From NCBI GenBank assembly GCA_027023305.1, contig JALVVR010000048.1, forward strand, positions 150,907-214,906: 64,000 nucleotides of DNA, read 5' to 3'. Positions 38,869-48,574 of this stretch are shown here, in pieces. Position 1 is the stretch's first letter, and each line of letters begins with the position of its first letter. This DNA is from Campylobacterales bacterium (GTDB taxonomy: Bacteria > Campylobacterota > Campylobacteria > Campylobacterales > QNZT01). The notes under the pieces were generated by a model, which made no database searches, had not been told where the DNA came from, and worked only from the letters and a program-made list of their open reading frames with translations. The position numbers and the translations under genes are program-made.

Positions 38869-40599
38869 TTAAAACTCAAATCCCATCTTCTTCTCCTCTC
38901 CGAAAGTACCTTTTATCTCTCTTTGTATCTCTTCTAAAAAGTCCTTGTTTTCAAAGGTTGGTTCATCTTTTATAGCCACTTTTATAGCTGTATTTTTAAC
39001 TACAACACTTATCTGTCCTCCACTAAGATTTGCTTTTGCTAACTCTTCTATATTTACTGTTTTACTATCAAGTGCTACTTTTGGTAACATTTTAGCCCAT
39101 AGCTTTACTCGCTGTTCAAGGTTTGGTTTTGAGAACTCTATCTTATAATCAAACCGTCTTGAAAATGCACTATCCAAAGTCTCTAAAAGGTTTGTAGTTG
39201 CTATCAAAATCCCACTAAACTTCTCTATCTGCTCTAAAAAGATATTTTGCATCTGATTATGCATCTTATCACTTCCACTTCCTCCAGTCGTTCTACTACT
39301 TAAAAACTGATCAGCTTCATTTAAAAGTAGTACTGGATGAGACTTACTCTTTTTTGTAAGGTCATTGTATGTGTCAAAAATCTTTCTTACATTTTTCTCA
39401 CTCTCTCCCACATACATAGAAAGAATCTTTGAACAATCAAAACTTAAAACCTTTCTTTTCAAATTTTTTGCCAAGGAGTATGCAGTCATAGTCTTTCCAG
39501 TCCCTGGAGGTCCATAAAAAAGTAACTTGGCATCTACATTTGAGTTTGTTTTTATACCCCACTCTTTAAGCCTTTTTGCTACTTTTTTATCTACTTGTTT
39601 AAGAACTCCTTTTAAAAGCTCATCAGTTTTTGGATGAAGCACTACATCTTTTAAAGTAGTCTTGGGTGTAACAAGCTCAAATATCTCTTGCTCTTTTATA
39701 AGTGTATCGATTGTTATCTTCTCACTCTTTTTAAGCTTATTTGGATGCATGATAGTTTGTAAAATTTCCTCTTCGATAAAAAAGCTTCTACTAACCCCAC
39801 CAAAAGCTGTAAGCATCTCATCATAATCGATAATCTCTTTTTCTATCAAAGTAGATCCCTCTTCTAAAAGACTTCTGTTTTTTATCTTGTCATAGTCATT
39901 TTCACTTATCAAGTTTATAAGATTATTCATCTCTCTTAAAGAATCTATCTCACTAGAATACTCCTCTTTTAAAAGTACCAAAAATATAATCTGCTCTTTT
40001 TGCTTTAACTCATACTTTGAAAATAGCTCCTCAACAGTAAGCTTGTTTTTTGTACTTGTAACTCTTTCATTGATTCTAGTTTCAAGTAGTTTAAGCCTAT
40101 TTTTTAGTCTATCAATACTAAGTGAGTTATCAGGATAGTTTTCTCTTATATTAGCTATCTTTTGGTAAATCTCTATACGAGAAAACTGGTCTCTTAGATA
40201 CTCCAAGTGGTCACTGTAAGCAGTAGATTCAGGAAGCTCAACCTCTAAAGTCCCCTCCTCTAAAAGCTTTTGAAAACTTGGACTTAAAGTAACAGAAGAG
40301 TTTATAAGCTCTAAAGTAGATACATCTATACTCTTTGATTCAAAAAGACTACTGATACTAAGCCAACCAAGATGTAAAAGATTTTTCACCATAGGAAGCT
40401 TCTGCACATAGTTATACTCTCCATTATCTGGATAAATCTCATTTAAAACCATATATACTAAACTCTCACTAGAGCCCTCGATATGCTTTTTTACTATATT
40501 TTGCAAAATCTCAGCTTCATCTTTTGAACATTTTAGATGAGAGTAAATTTTTGCTTTTGTTATATCTTTTACTTTTATAAAGTCTATTAGGTATTCCAA
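38869..40599 (-). CDS. AAA+ family ATPase
   Basis: GPPGTGKT, SMYVGESEKN, LLLNEAD and LDSAFSRRF; likely TTG start at 40599 after AAGGA. Confidence 0.9.
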   Translation of the reverse strand: MEYLIDFIKVKDITKAKIYSHLKCSKDEAEILQNIVKKHIEGSSESLVYMVLNEIYPDNGEYNYVQKLPMVKNLLHLGWLSISSLFESKSIDVSTLELINSSVTLSPSFQKLLEEGTLEVELPESTAYSDHLEYLRDQFSRIEIYQKIANIRENYPDNSLSIDRLKNRLKLLETRINERVTSTKNKLTVEELFSKYELKQKEQIIFLVLLKEEYSSEIDSLREMNNLINLISENDYDKIKNRSLLEEGSTLIEKEIIDYDEMLTAFGGVSRSFFIEEEILQTIMHPNKLKKSEKITIDTLIKEQEIFELVTPKTTLKDVVLHPKTDELLKGVLKQVDKKVAKRLKEWGIKTNSNVDAKLLFYGPPGTGKTMTAYSLAKNLKRKVLSFDCSKILSMYVGESEKNVRKIFDTYNDLTKKSKSHPVLLLNEADQFLSSRTTGGSGSDKMHNQMQNIFLEQIEKFSGILIATTNLLETLDSAFSRRFDYKIEFSKPNLEQRVKLWAKMLPKVALDSKTVNIEELAKANLSGGQISVVVKNTAIKVAIKDEPTFENKDFLEEIQREIKGTFGEEKKMGFEF

Positions 40600-40751
40600 A
40601 TTTATTTCCTTGACTAAAAATATCTTCAATGACAGCTTCATCTGTTCATTGCTAGATATTATTACATTAGTTTTCATATTTCAAAGAATTATTATATGAT
40701 TATTAACTTATTGGGAGTAAAATCGGACAATTTTTATATCAAAGGATAATC

Positions 40752-42080
40752 ATGAAACACATAGTGAAAAAAGTTTTACCCCTTTCACTTATAGTTGCCC
40801 TAAGATTTTTTGGGCTTTTTATCGTACTATCAGTTTTATCACAATATGCAAAAGACATAGATGGTGGAACTGCATTTTTAGCTGGTCTTGCAATTGGTGG
40901 ATATGCACTTACTCAAGCAGTGCTACAAGTACCATTTGGTGTCATGAGTGACAAGTTTGGCAGAAAAAAGACTCTGCTTTTTGGACTTTTACTCTTTGCT
41001 TTTGGTTCAATCGTAGCAGCAGAGGCTACAAATATATATATGCTTTTACTAGGTAGATTTTTACAAGGAGCTGGAGCAATAGGAAGTGTTGTAACAGCTA
41101 TGATCGCTGACCAAGTAAGAGAAGATGAAAGAGCTCACTCAATGGCAGTGATGGGAATGGTTATAGCTATGAGTTTTGCAGCAGCTATGATTATAGGACC
41201 TTTGTTAGCAGGTGCATATAGTGTTGCTTCTCTTTTTTGGCTAACTGCCATCCTTGCAATCTCAGCTTTAGTGATACTCTTTACTGCAGTTCCTGAACCT
41301 CCAAAAATAGTTCACCACTACTCAGAAGAGGAAGCAAAGATAAAAGAAGTTTTCAAAGATAAAGATTTAGTTAGAATGTACATAACTTTTCTTTTCCATA
41401 GTTCAACTATGGCGATAGCATTTTTTATAATCCCGATTTTACTAAAAAACAAGTTTCATATGGAAACTGTTGAGTACTGGAAAGTATATCTTCCAGCTGT
41501 AATCTTTGGAATCTTAGCTATGGCACCTGCAGCGATACTTGGAGAGAAGTACGGAAAAGGTAAAGAGATATTTTTAGCTTCTATTGGATTTATAATAGCC
41601 TCTTTTTTACTGATGGGATTTACATCTAGCTTTTTTCTTTTTGCAGTTGGAGCAACATTTTTCTTTATAGGATTTAACATGTTTGAGCCACTTCTACAAA
41701 GCTTTGTAAGTAAGTTCGCAAAAGTTCACCAAAAAGGAGCAGCATTAGGAGTTGCAAATACTTTTTCTTATGTAGGTATATTTTTAGGTGGAGCAATAGG
41801 TGGTTGGCTATATGGAGTCGTCGGAGAAAAAGGTTTAGCTATAGCTGTAACCATTTTATCTATATTTTGGATAGCTTGGATAATTGGCATGAGAAATCCA
41901 GCTCTAAGAGCTAACCTTTTCTTATCAACTGATGAGTATGACGACTCAAAACTTCCAGCCTTAAAAACTATAAAAGGTATAAATGATTTTTATACAAACC
42001 ATACTGAAAACTTGATAGTTATCAAATATGAAGATGGTGTTATCAGTGAAGATGAGATAAAAGAGGTATTACGGGCTTAA
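40752..42080 (+). CDS. MFS transporter (YajR-like)
   Basis: Motif A GVMSDKFGRK; GRFLQGAGA; about 12 TM helices plus a small C-terminal domain. Confidence 0.92.
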   Translation: MKHIVKKVLPLSLIVALRFFGLFIVLSVLSQYAKDIDGGTAFLAGLAIGGYALTQAVLQVPFGVMSDKFGRKKTLLFGLLLFAFGSIVAAEATNIYMLLLGRFLQGAGAIGSVVTAMIADQVREDERAHSMAVMGMVIAMSFAAAMIIGPLLAGAYSVASLFWLTAILAISALVILFTAVPEPPKIVHHYSEEEAKIKEVFKDKDLVRMYITFLFHSSTMAIAFFIIPILLKNKFHMETVEYWKVYLPAVIFGILAMAPAAILGEKYGKGKEIFLASIGFIIASFLLMGFTSSFFLFAVGATFFFIGFNMFEPLLQSFVSKFAKVHQKGAALGVANTFSYVGIFLGGAIGGWLYGVVGEKGLAIAVTILSIFWIAWIIGMRNPALRANLFLSTDEYDDSKLPALKTIKGINDFYTNHTENLIVIKYEDGVISEDEIKEVLRA

Positions 42081-42142
42081 CGACATTATTCTTATCATTT
42101 CATGATATTATTAAGTCATTATTCTTATCACAAGGAAAAACT

Positions 42143-43957
42143 TTGCAAAGATATGGACTTGATTTTTGGAGTGATGATAACTTTTTTATAAAAGATGGGG
42201 TAGTTAAACTCAACTACCTCTCATCACCATCTCTTTATAAGATAGTTTCTAACATACGAAAAGATGGACTAAAAGGTCCTCTTCTTTTAAGATTTCCTCA
42301 TCTTATAAAAAAACAAATTGACAAAATTTTTTCTGAATTTAGTCGAGCTTTTAGTGAGCTTGATTATAGTGGAAAATTTAATGCAGTTTATCCTCTAAAA
42401 GTCAACCAAAATCCAAACCTTTTAAACTCTATTTTAGAAGCTTCAACCTCTTATGAGTATGGGCTAGAAGCTGGAAGTAAGGCTGAGCTTTTGATAGCTA
42501 TGGGAAGTATAAAAGACAACTCCCCTATCACTGTAAATGGCTTTAAAGATAAAGAACTTATCTCTTTAGGATTTTTATCTGCAAGTATTGGACAAAATAT
42601 CACTCTAACAATAGAGGGCATAAATGAACTAGAAACCATTATAAAAATGTCAAAAGATTATAAAATCCTACCAAAAATAGGGCTTAGAGTAAGACTTCAC
42701 TCTTTGGGTGAGGGACTTTGGGCAAAAAGTGGTGGAATAAACTCAAAATTTGGACTGAGTGCAACTGAACTTATAACAGCAATAGAGCTTTTAAAAAAGC
42801 ATAACCTACTAGAAAACTTTACCATGATACACTTTCATATAGGTAGTCAAATCACCTCCATATCTCCACTAAAAAAGGCTTTAAGAGAGGTAGGAAATAT
42901 CTATGGTGATCTTATCAAAATGGGAGCAAAAAATCTAAACACTATAAACTTAGGAGGAGGACTTGCAGTTGAATATGGACAAAGCTCAAAATCAAAAGTT
43001 GCAAACTACTCTTTAAATGAGTATGCAAATGATATAGTCTTTATGCTTCAAACTATTTCTAAAGATAAAAGAGTAAAAGAACCAAATATCATGATAGAAT
43101 CAGGCAGATATATAACAGCTTCTCATGCAGTGCTTGTAGCTCCAGTTTATGAGCTTTTCTCTCATGATTATCAAGAGAGCTTACTAAATCTAAAGTCTAA
43201 AAACCCTCCACTAGTTGATGAACTAAAGGAGCTTTATGATTTTATAGAGCCATCAAATGCTTTAGAGTTTTTACATGACAGCCTTGATCATTTAAACTCA
43301 CTTTTAACTCTTTTTGATTTAGGTTATATTGATTTACAAGATAGATCAAACAGTGAGATTTTAACTCACCTCATCATCCAAAAAGCTATCCTCTTACTTG
43401 ATAATACAAACTCTAATGAGCTTTTAAAACTAGAAAATCAAATCCAAGAAAAGTACTTAGTAAACTTCTCTATCTTTCAAAGTATGCCAGATTTTTGGGG
43501 ACTTAGACAAAATTTTCCAGTTATGCCACTAACAAAACTAGACAAAAAGCCAACCAGAAGTGCTTCTTTGTGGGATATAACTTGTGATAGTGATGGAGAA
43601 ATGAGTTTTGATGAAAACAACCCACTTTATCTTCATGATATAGATATAAAAAAGGAGGATTACTTTTTGGGTTTTTTTCTAGTTGGTGCTTATCAAGAAG
43701 TACTTGGCATGAAACACAATCTTTTTGAAAAACCAACCGAAGTTACTGTAAATATAGATAAAAATTCTTATAGATTAGAAAATCTAATCCCTGCAAACAG
43801 TATTTATGATACATTAAACTCTTTGGGATATGATGTCAAAAATCTTGAAAACAGACTAAAAAAAAGTATCAAAAATAGTAAAGATTTTAAAAAACTAGAT
43901 GAACTTTTAAAAGATAATTCATATCTAAGAACATTTATAAATCAGGATGATAGATGA
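42143..43957 (+). CDS. speA: Biosynthetic arginine decarboxylase
   Basis: YPLKVNQ, GLEAGSKAEL, HFHIGSQI, TCDSDG and GAYQEVLG. Confidence 0.96.
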   Translation: MQRYGLDFWSDDNFFIKDGVVKLNYLSSPSLYKIVSNIRKDGLKGPLLLRFPHLIKKQIDKIFSEFSRAFSELDYSGKFNAVYPLKVNQNPNLLNSILEASTSYEYGLEAGSKAELLIAMGSIKDNSPITVNGFKDKELISLGFLSASIGQNITLTIEGINELETIIKMSKDYKILPKIGLRVRLHSLGEGLWAKSGGINSKFGLSATELITAIELLKKHNLLENFTMIHFHIGSQITSISPLKKALREVGNIYGDLIKMGAKNLNTINLGGGLAVEYGQSSKSKVANYSLNEYANDIVFMLQTISKDKRVKEPNIMIESGRYITASHAVLVAPVYELFSHDYQESLLNLKSKNPPLVDELKELYDFIEPSNALEFLHDSLDHLNSLLTLFDLGYIDLQDRSNSEILTHLIIQKAILLLDNTNSNELLKLENQIQEKYLVNFSIFQSMPDFWGLRQNFPVMPLTKLDKKPTRSASLWDITCDSDGEMSFDENNPLYLHDIDIKKEDYFLGFFLVGAYQEVLGMKHNLFEKPTEVTVNIDKNSYRLENLIPANSIYDTLNSLGYDVKNLENRLKKSIKNSKDFKKLDELLKDNSYLRTFINQDDR

Positions 43958-44667
43958 AGCAAACACTATGGCAACAAATAAAAGAAGATCTTCTAACCCC
44001 ATGGAGAAATGACCCTGCAATAGAGTCAAAAATAGAACTTTTTACAAACTACCCAGGAGTTTGGGCTATCATTCACTATCGTATAGCAAGCAGACTTTAC
44101 AAAAAAGGATGGATAAGATTATCCAGATTTTTGATGGGATTAACTCAATTTGTTACAAATGTTGATATACATCCATGTGCAACTATCGGAAGAAGAGTTT
44201 TTATAGATCATGCCTTTGGAGTTGTGATAGGAGAAACAACCGTTATAGAAGATGATGTACTTATCTATCAAGGAGTTACACTTGGTGGAGTAAATCTTGA
44301 TAAAGGTATAAAAAGACATCCTACTATCAAACAAGGTGCAGTTATAGGCGGTGGAGCTAAAGTCTTAGGAGATATAACCATAGGAAAAAACTCTAGGATA
44401 GGAGCAAACTCTGTAGTAGTAAAAGATGTTCCAGACGAATCAACAGCAGTAGGAATCCCAGCTCGTATAGTTACAAAAGGAAAAGATAAATCCCAACTAA
44501 GCCACAACAAGCTTCCAGATATAAATCAACAACTTTTTATCTACCTAACAAAAAGGATAGAAAGCTTAGAACAAGCTATCATGACTCACACAGAAAAAGA
44601 GCTTCCTAAAAAAGATGAAGAGTTAGAAAATATTTATCAAGAGTTTATTAACTCTATCAAAAACTAA
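43954..44667 (+). CDS. cysE: Serine O-acetyltransferase
   Basis: DPA, DIHPCATIG, FIDHAFGVVIGET, KRHPTI and VGIPARIV. Confidence 0.96.
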   Translation: MKQTLWQQIKEDLLTPWRNDPAIESKIELFTNYPGVWAIIHYRIASRLYKKGWIRLSRFLMGLTQFVTNVDIHPCATIGRRVFIDHAFGVVIGETTVIEDDVLIYQGVTLGGVNLDKGIKRHPTIKQGAVIGGGAKVLGDITIGKNSRIGANSVVVKDVPDESTAVGIPARIVTKGKDKSQLSHNKLPDINQQLFIYLTKRIESLEQAIMTHTEKELPKKDEELENIYQEFINSIKN

Positions 44668-45367
44668 GTCCAAAATCTAAGTTTTGACCAAAGTTTGGAT
44701 CTATATAGCCATACTTTGCACTTTTTGCTCTTAAGTTCATAATATCCATCTTTGGATCTATATTTTGAGGACAAACTGCACTACATTCTCCACAAAGAGT
44801 ACAATCCCAAATACCATTTTGTTGAACTAAATCTATCTTTTGCTTTTCATCTTCACATCTTTTATCATTCGTATATCTTAAAACTCTAGTTAAGGTAAAA
44901 GGTCCTAAAAACTCTTTATTGACTTCTAAAACAGGACAAGAACTAAAGCAAGAGTTACAAAGGATACAATCACTCTGTCTCTCTATCAACTTCTCATCCT
45001 CTTTTGTTTGTTTAACTATTTTTTGCTCTTCTAAAAAAGCTCTAGTTTTTACCAAAGTCATAAAACTAGCATCAGCCTCAACAACCAAATCTTTTATGAT
45101 AGGAAGCTTTGAAAGTGGTGTTATAACATCTCCATCTTGCAACTTATATCCACAAGAAAGCTTCTCTCTACCATTTACCCTAACTGCACAACTTCCACAA
45201 ACTTCACTTCTACATCCACTGTCAAATGTCAAAGTTTGATCTATATTTATCTTTATAAAGCTTAAAGCTTCTAAAAGTATAGGACTCTCTAGTGGTATCT
45301 CATACTCAACTTCAACTTTAGGCTCAGGTTTTCTATATGTACAATATCTTTGAACTATTATTTTCAT
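44657..45367 (-). CDS. Succinate dehydrogenase/fumarate reductase iron-sulfur subunit
   Basis: CRSEVCGSC...C, CILCNSCFSSCP and CTLCGECSAVCP. Confidence 0.92.
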   Translation of the reverse strand: MKIIVQRYCTYRKPEPKVEVEYEIPLESPILLEALSFIKINIDQTLTFDSGCRSEVCGSCAVRVNGREKLSCGYKLQDGDVITPLSKLPIIKDLVVEADASFMTLVKTRAFLEEQKIVKQTKEDEKLIERQSDCILCNSCFSSCPVLEVNKEFLGPFTLTRVLRYTNDKRCEDEKQKIDLVQQNGIWDCTLCGECSAVCPQNIDPKMDIMNLRAKSAKYGYIDPNFGQNLDFGLSF

Positions 45368-46851
45368 GATAATCTCCCTAAAGCTTGATTTACTATCTCT
45401 TTAGACAAAACAAGAGAGTTTTTAAACTTCAAAAAGTCAACTAAAGTATTATTATAAGTTTTACTTTTATCTATAATCCCTAACTTTGGCAACTCTTCTA
45501 AAAACTTCATAACACCCAAAAGATTTTCTTTCTCTCTTTTTATACCCACTTTAAAGTAAAGTATTTCTCCTAACTCATCTCTTTTTTTATAAAAGTTATC
45601 ATGACAATCAAACTCAAAAATCTCATCTATATAACTCTTAACACTCTCAATAGTTGAACATTCTACTAAGCTTTTATCTTTAGCATATAAAGCTGAGTTT
45701 TCACCAACTATCATCCCAAAAGCCACTATTTCCAAAAGTGAATTTCCACCAAGTCTATTTGCTCCGTGAACCCTTGCATCACTACACTCTCCAACTGCAA
45801 AAAGTCCCTTAACATCACTCATTAGATTTTCATCAACTTCGATACCTCCCATAGAGTAGTGAGCAACTGGTTTGATAGGTATAAGCTCATCTATGGGATC
45901 AATATTTTCATAAAACATTGCTAGTTTTCTCTCTTGAGGTAGATTTTCATCTATAAACTTCTCTCCAAGATCTCTTATATCCAAAAAGACTTGATTTCCT
46001 CTCTCTATCTGCTCCCAAATAGCAAGGCTCACTTTATCTCGAGGCAAAAGCTCATCTACAAATTTCTCTCCATCCTGATTTAAAAGTTTACCACCTGCCC
46101 CTCTAGCACTCTCACTTATAAGTACTGAAGAATTTTTAAGTCCTGTTGGATGAAACTGTATGAAATCCAGATTAGAAACTTTAACCCCTTGTTTGATACA
46201 AAGAGCTATCGCATCCCCAGTTGAAGAGTACATATTTGTAGTATATGAGTGATAAATCCCTGCATAGCCTCCAGTTGCCAACACAACACTTTTAGCAAAA
46301 ACCTCTTTTAACTCTCCACTCCTTATATCTAAAAATACTGCTCCTCCAACAACACCTTCATATATAATAAGTTCAACTAAATAATGCTCATATAAAAAAT
46401 CTACCTCCTCTTTAAGGCAATTATCATATAGAGTTTGAAGTATTTTTAGCCCTGTATAATCTTGCGAATAACAAGCTCTGTTATACTTTGTTCCACCTAA
46501 CTTTCTTTGAGCTATATTCCCCTCATCATCCCTACTAAAAACAACACCTATACTATCTAACCACTCGATAGCTTTAGGAGCATTTTCACACATCTTTGTA
46601 ACCATCTTTTCATCTGCTAAATCATGAGATGCTTTTAAAGTATCTTCTATATGTTTTTCTATACTATCTCCATCAGAGGAACTTAAAACTGCATTTATCC
46701 CACCTTGAGCCATAGATGTTTGGGATCTTGTAGGATAACTTTCACTCACTACTAAAACTTTAGCCCCACTCTTTTTTGCCCAAATTGCAGAGGTTAAACC
46801 AGCCCCACCAGAGCCTATAACAAGAGTATCCACTTTTATACTTTTATCCAT
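45364..46851 (-). CDS. Fumarate reductase/succinate dehydrogenase flavoprotein-like subunit (short form)
   Basis: IGSGGAG, AQGGINA, QFHPTG, SESARG, PRD, HYSMGG and HGANRLGGNSL. Confidence 0.9.
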   Translation of the reverse strand: MDKSIKVDTLVIGSGGAGLTSAIWAKKSGAKVLVVSESYPTRSQTSMAQGGINAVLSSSDGDSIEKHIEDTLKASHDLADEKMVTKMCENAPKAIEWLDSIGVVFSRDDEGNIAQRKLGGTKYNRACYSQDYTGLKILQTLYDNCLKEEVDFLYEHYLVELIIYEGVVGGAVFLDIRSGELKEVFAKSVVLATGGYAGIYHSYTTNMYSSTGDAIALCIKQGVKVSNLDFIQFHPTGLKNSSVLISESARGAGGKLLNQDGEKFVDELLPRDKVSLAIWEQIERGNQVFLDIRDLGEKFIDENLPQERKLAMFYENIDPIDELIPIKPVAHYSMGGIEVDENLMSDVKGLFAVGECSDARVHGANRLGGNSLLEIVAFGMIVGENSALYAKDKSLVECSTIESVKSYIDEIFEFDCHDNFYKKRDELGEILYFKVGIKREKENLLGVMKFLEELPKLGIIDKSKTYNNTLVDFLKFKNSLVLSKEIVNQALGRLS

Positions 46852-46912
46852 ATTTATCTCTCATAATCTTTTTTGTTATACTATCATGATAGATTTATAT
46901 TAGGAGAAATAC

Positions 46913-47506
46913 TTGAAAATTTTATCACAACCTATGGGGGCATATCAAACAAATTGCTACATAGTTTCTAAAAATAACAAAGAGCTAATAATAGACCCAG
47001 GAATGGGTGCAACATCTTTGGTTTTAGAGCATGTAAAAAATCCAATTGCTATTTTGAACACTCATGGACATTTTGACCATATTTGGAGTAACAAAGAGTT
47101 AAAAGATAAGTTAAATATACCTATATACTGCCCAAAAGATGACTGTTTTATGCTTGAAAATGACCCATTTTCACAAGGCACTCCAAAAAGCAAAGCTGAT
47201 GTTATGCCAAATGGAGATGTAGAGTTTAAGATAGATGACTTTGAAGTAAAGTTCATTCACTTTGCAGGACATACTCCAGGATGCTCAGTCATAGAGATAG
47301 AAGATAGTTGGTTTAGTGGAGATTTTATATTTGAAAACTCAATAGGTAGAGTTGATTTTCCCTACTCTTCACCAGAGGATATGAAAAAAAGTATAAACAA
47401 GTTTTTAAAAATAGATTATGATAAAAAAGTTTATACTGGTCATGGAAATCCAACTAGTATAAAAGTTGAACAATCAAGAATAGGAGCTTGGCTAAATTAT
47501 ATATAG
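46913..47506 (+). CDS. MBL-fold metallo-hydrolase (glyoxalase II-like)
   Basis: THGHFDH, GHTPG, FSGD and GHG. Confidence 0.93.
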   Translation: MKILSQPMGAYQTNCYIVSKNNKELIIDPGMGATSLVLEHVKNPIAILNTHGHFDHIWSNKELKDKLNIPIYCPKDDCFMLENDPFSQGTPKSKADVMPNGDVEFKIDDFEVKFIHFAGHTPGCSVIEIEDSWFSGDFIFENSIGRVDFPYSSPEDMKKSINKFLKIDYDKKVYTGHGNPTSIKVEQSRIGAWLNYI

Positions 47507-47510
47507 AAAG

Positions 47511-47586
47511 TGGTGGCTTGAGACAGAATCGAACTGCCGACACGGTGATTTTCAGTCACCTGCTCTACCGACTGAGCTATCAAGCC
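47511..47586 (-). tRNA. tRNA-Phe (GAA)
   Basis: Minus strand GGCTTGATAGCTCAG...GGTGA-CT-GAA-AA-TCACC...GTTCGATT...TCAAGCC-ACCA; 76 nt with encoded CCA. Confidence 0.98.
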
Positions 47587-47682
47587 ATTTGTAATTGAGT
47601 TGAGATTATACATAAAGAAGATAAAATTTAGCTTAAGATTAAGACAATTTGAAAAAAATCCAAATTATCTTATATCAATATA

Positions 47683-48504
47683 CTATACAGATTCTGTTTG
47701 AAAGTGATTTTCGTAAACTTCATTAAATTTATCTTTATCTAAAGAGTACTTTTCAACTATGCTAAGAGCTATATTTAAACTCTCTTCTCTATCAAAAGAT
47801 ATAGTAGTGATCAGTGATTTTACAGCTTCAAGTGATGCAGAATATGCTCTTACATCTTCATCAGCTAAATCAGGGCTATTTAAGTATTTTAGTGAGTTAA
47901 ACATTTTAGGGTCAAAGTTCCAATCTTCTAAAATAAGTGCTGAAACTTCTTCATTTGTTATACCAAAAACATTATCTTCTAACTCTTTAAGCTCACTTAG
48001 ATTTTTACATTTTAAAACTGCTGATTTAAACTCATCAGCCTTGTTATGTTCTATAACTATACTAGCTAAAACTATTTTTCCAATTTCCATCAAAAAAGAT
48101 GTCAAACTAAGTACATCTAAAGACTTTTTTTTACCTCTATACCATTTAGATATAAAAGCATTTTGTTCTTGAGTGATTTTCGAAAAACTGTTTGTATCTA
48201 GTCCATAAGGCGATAGGTCTAAGTCAGGTTTTTTTTGTAAAAATGAGCTAAATGCAAACCCTTTTACCGTCTCCATTCCAAAAATAGAAACAGCTTGAGC
48301 TACACTTTTTATCTCTCTACTAAAGCCATAAAGTGGAGAATTTGCAGCTTTTAATATATTTGCTGTTGTCATAGGGTCACCTTCAATAACTTTTGCAAGT
48401 TCCATAACTGAACCATCAGGGTCATTACAAACAGCCATGATTTTGTTTACAGTATCATCTAGTGGTGGGAAAGCACCCACTTTTTCCAATATCTTATCTT
48501 TCAT
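47683..48504 (-). CDS. HDOD domain-containing protein
   Basis: FPPL, DPMTTANILKAANSPLYGFSREI and EIGK. Confidence 0.92.
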   Translation of the reverse strand: MKDKILEKVGAFPPLDDTVNKIMAVCNDPDGSVMELAKVIEGDPMTTANILKAANSPLYGFSREIKSVAQAVSIFGMETVKGFAFSSFLQKKPDLDLSPYGLDTNSFSKITQEQNAFISKWYRGKKKSLDVLSLTSFLMEIGKIVLASIVIEHNKADEFKSAVLKCKNLSELKELEDNVFGITNEEVSALILEDWNFDPKMFNSLKYLNSPDLADEDVRAYSASLEAVKSLITTISFDREESLNIALSIVEKYSLDKDKFNEVYENHFQTESV

Positions 48505-48535
48505 CTAGAACACCTTTTATTTTAAGTATGAAACT

Positions 48536-48562
48536 ATATCGGCAAAAGTGAGTTTTATTTTA
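48536..48562 (-). promoter_or_regulatory. Sigma-28 (FliA) promoter of the HDOD gene
   Basis: Minus strand TAAA-N15-GCCGATAT, near-perfect consensus. Confidence 0.8.
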
Positions 48563-48574
48563 GTAAAAATTATA

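Noticed and set aside
40600-40677. N-terminal 26 aa of the AAA ATPase ORF as given in the ORF track
   Set aside because: A TTG at 40599 preceded by AAGGA is a better start; the extension is probably non-coding
45364-46851. L-aspartate oxidase (nadB)
   Set aside because: It is translationally coupled to an SdhB/FrdB-type Fe-S gene and has GANRLGGNSL rather than the NadB-type GANRLASNSL; not fully excluded
47511-47586. tRNA-Phe as an island or prophage integration site
   Set aside because: No integrase is adjacent, no duplicated tRNA 3' end was seen, and the flanks are ordinary genes
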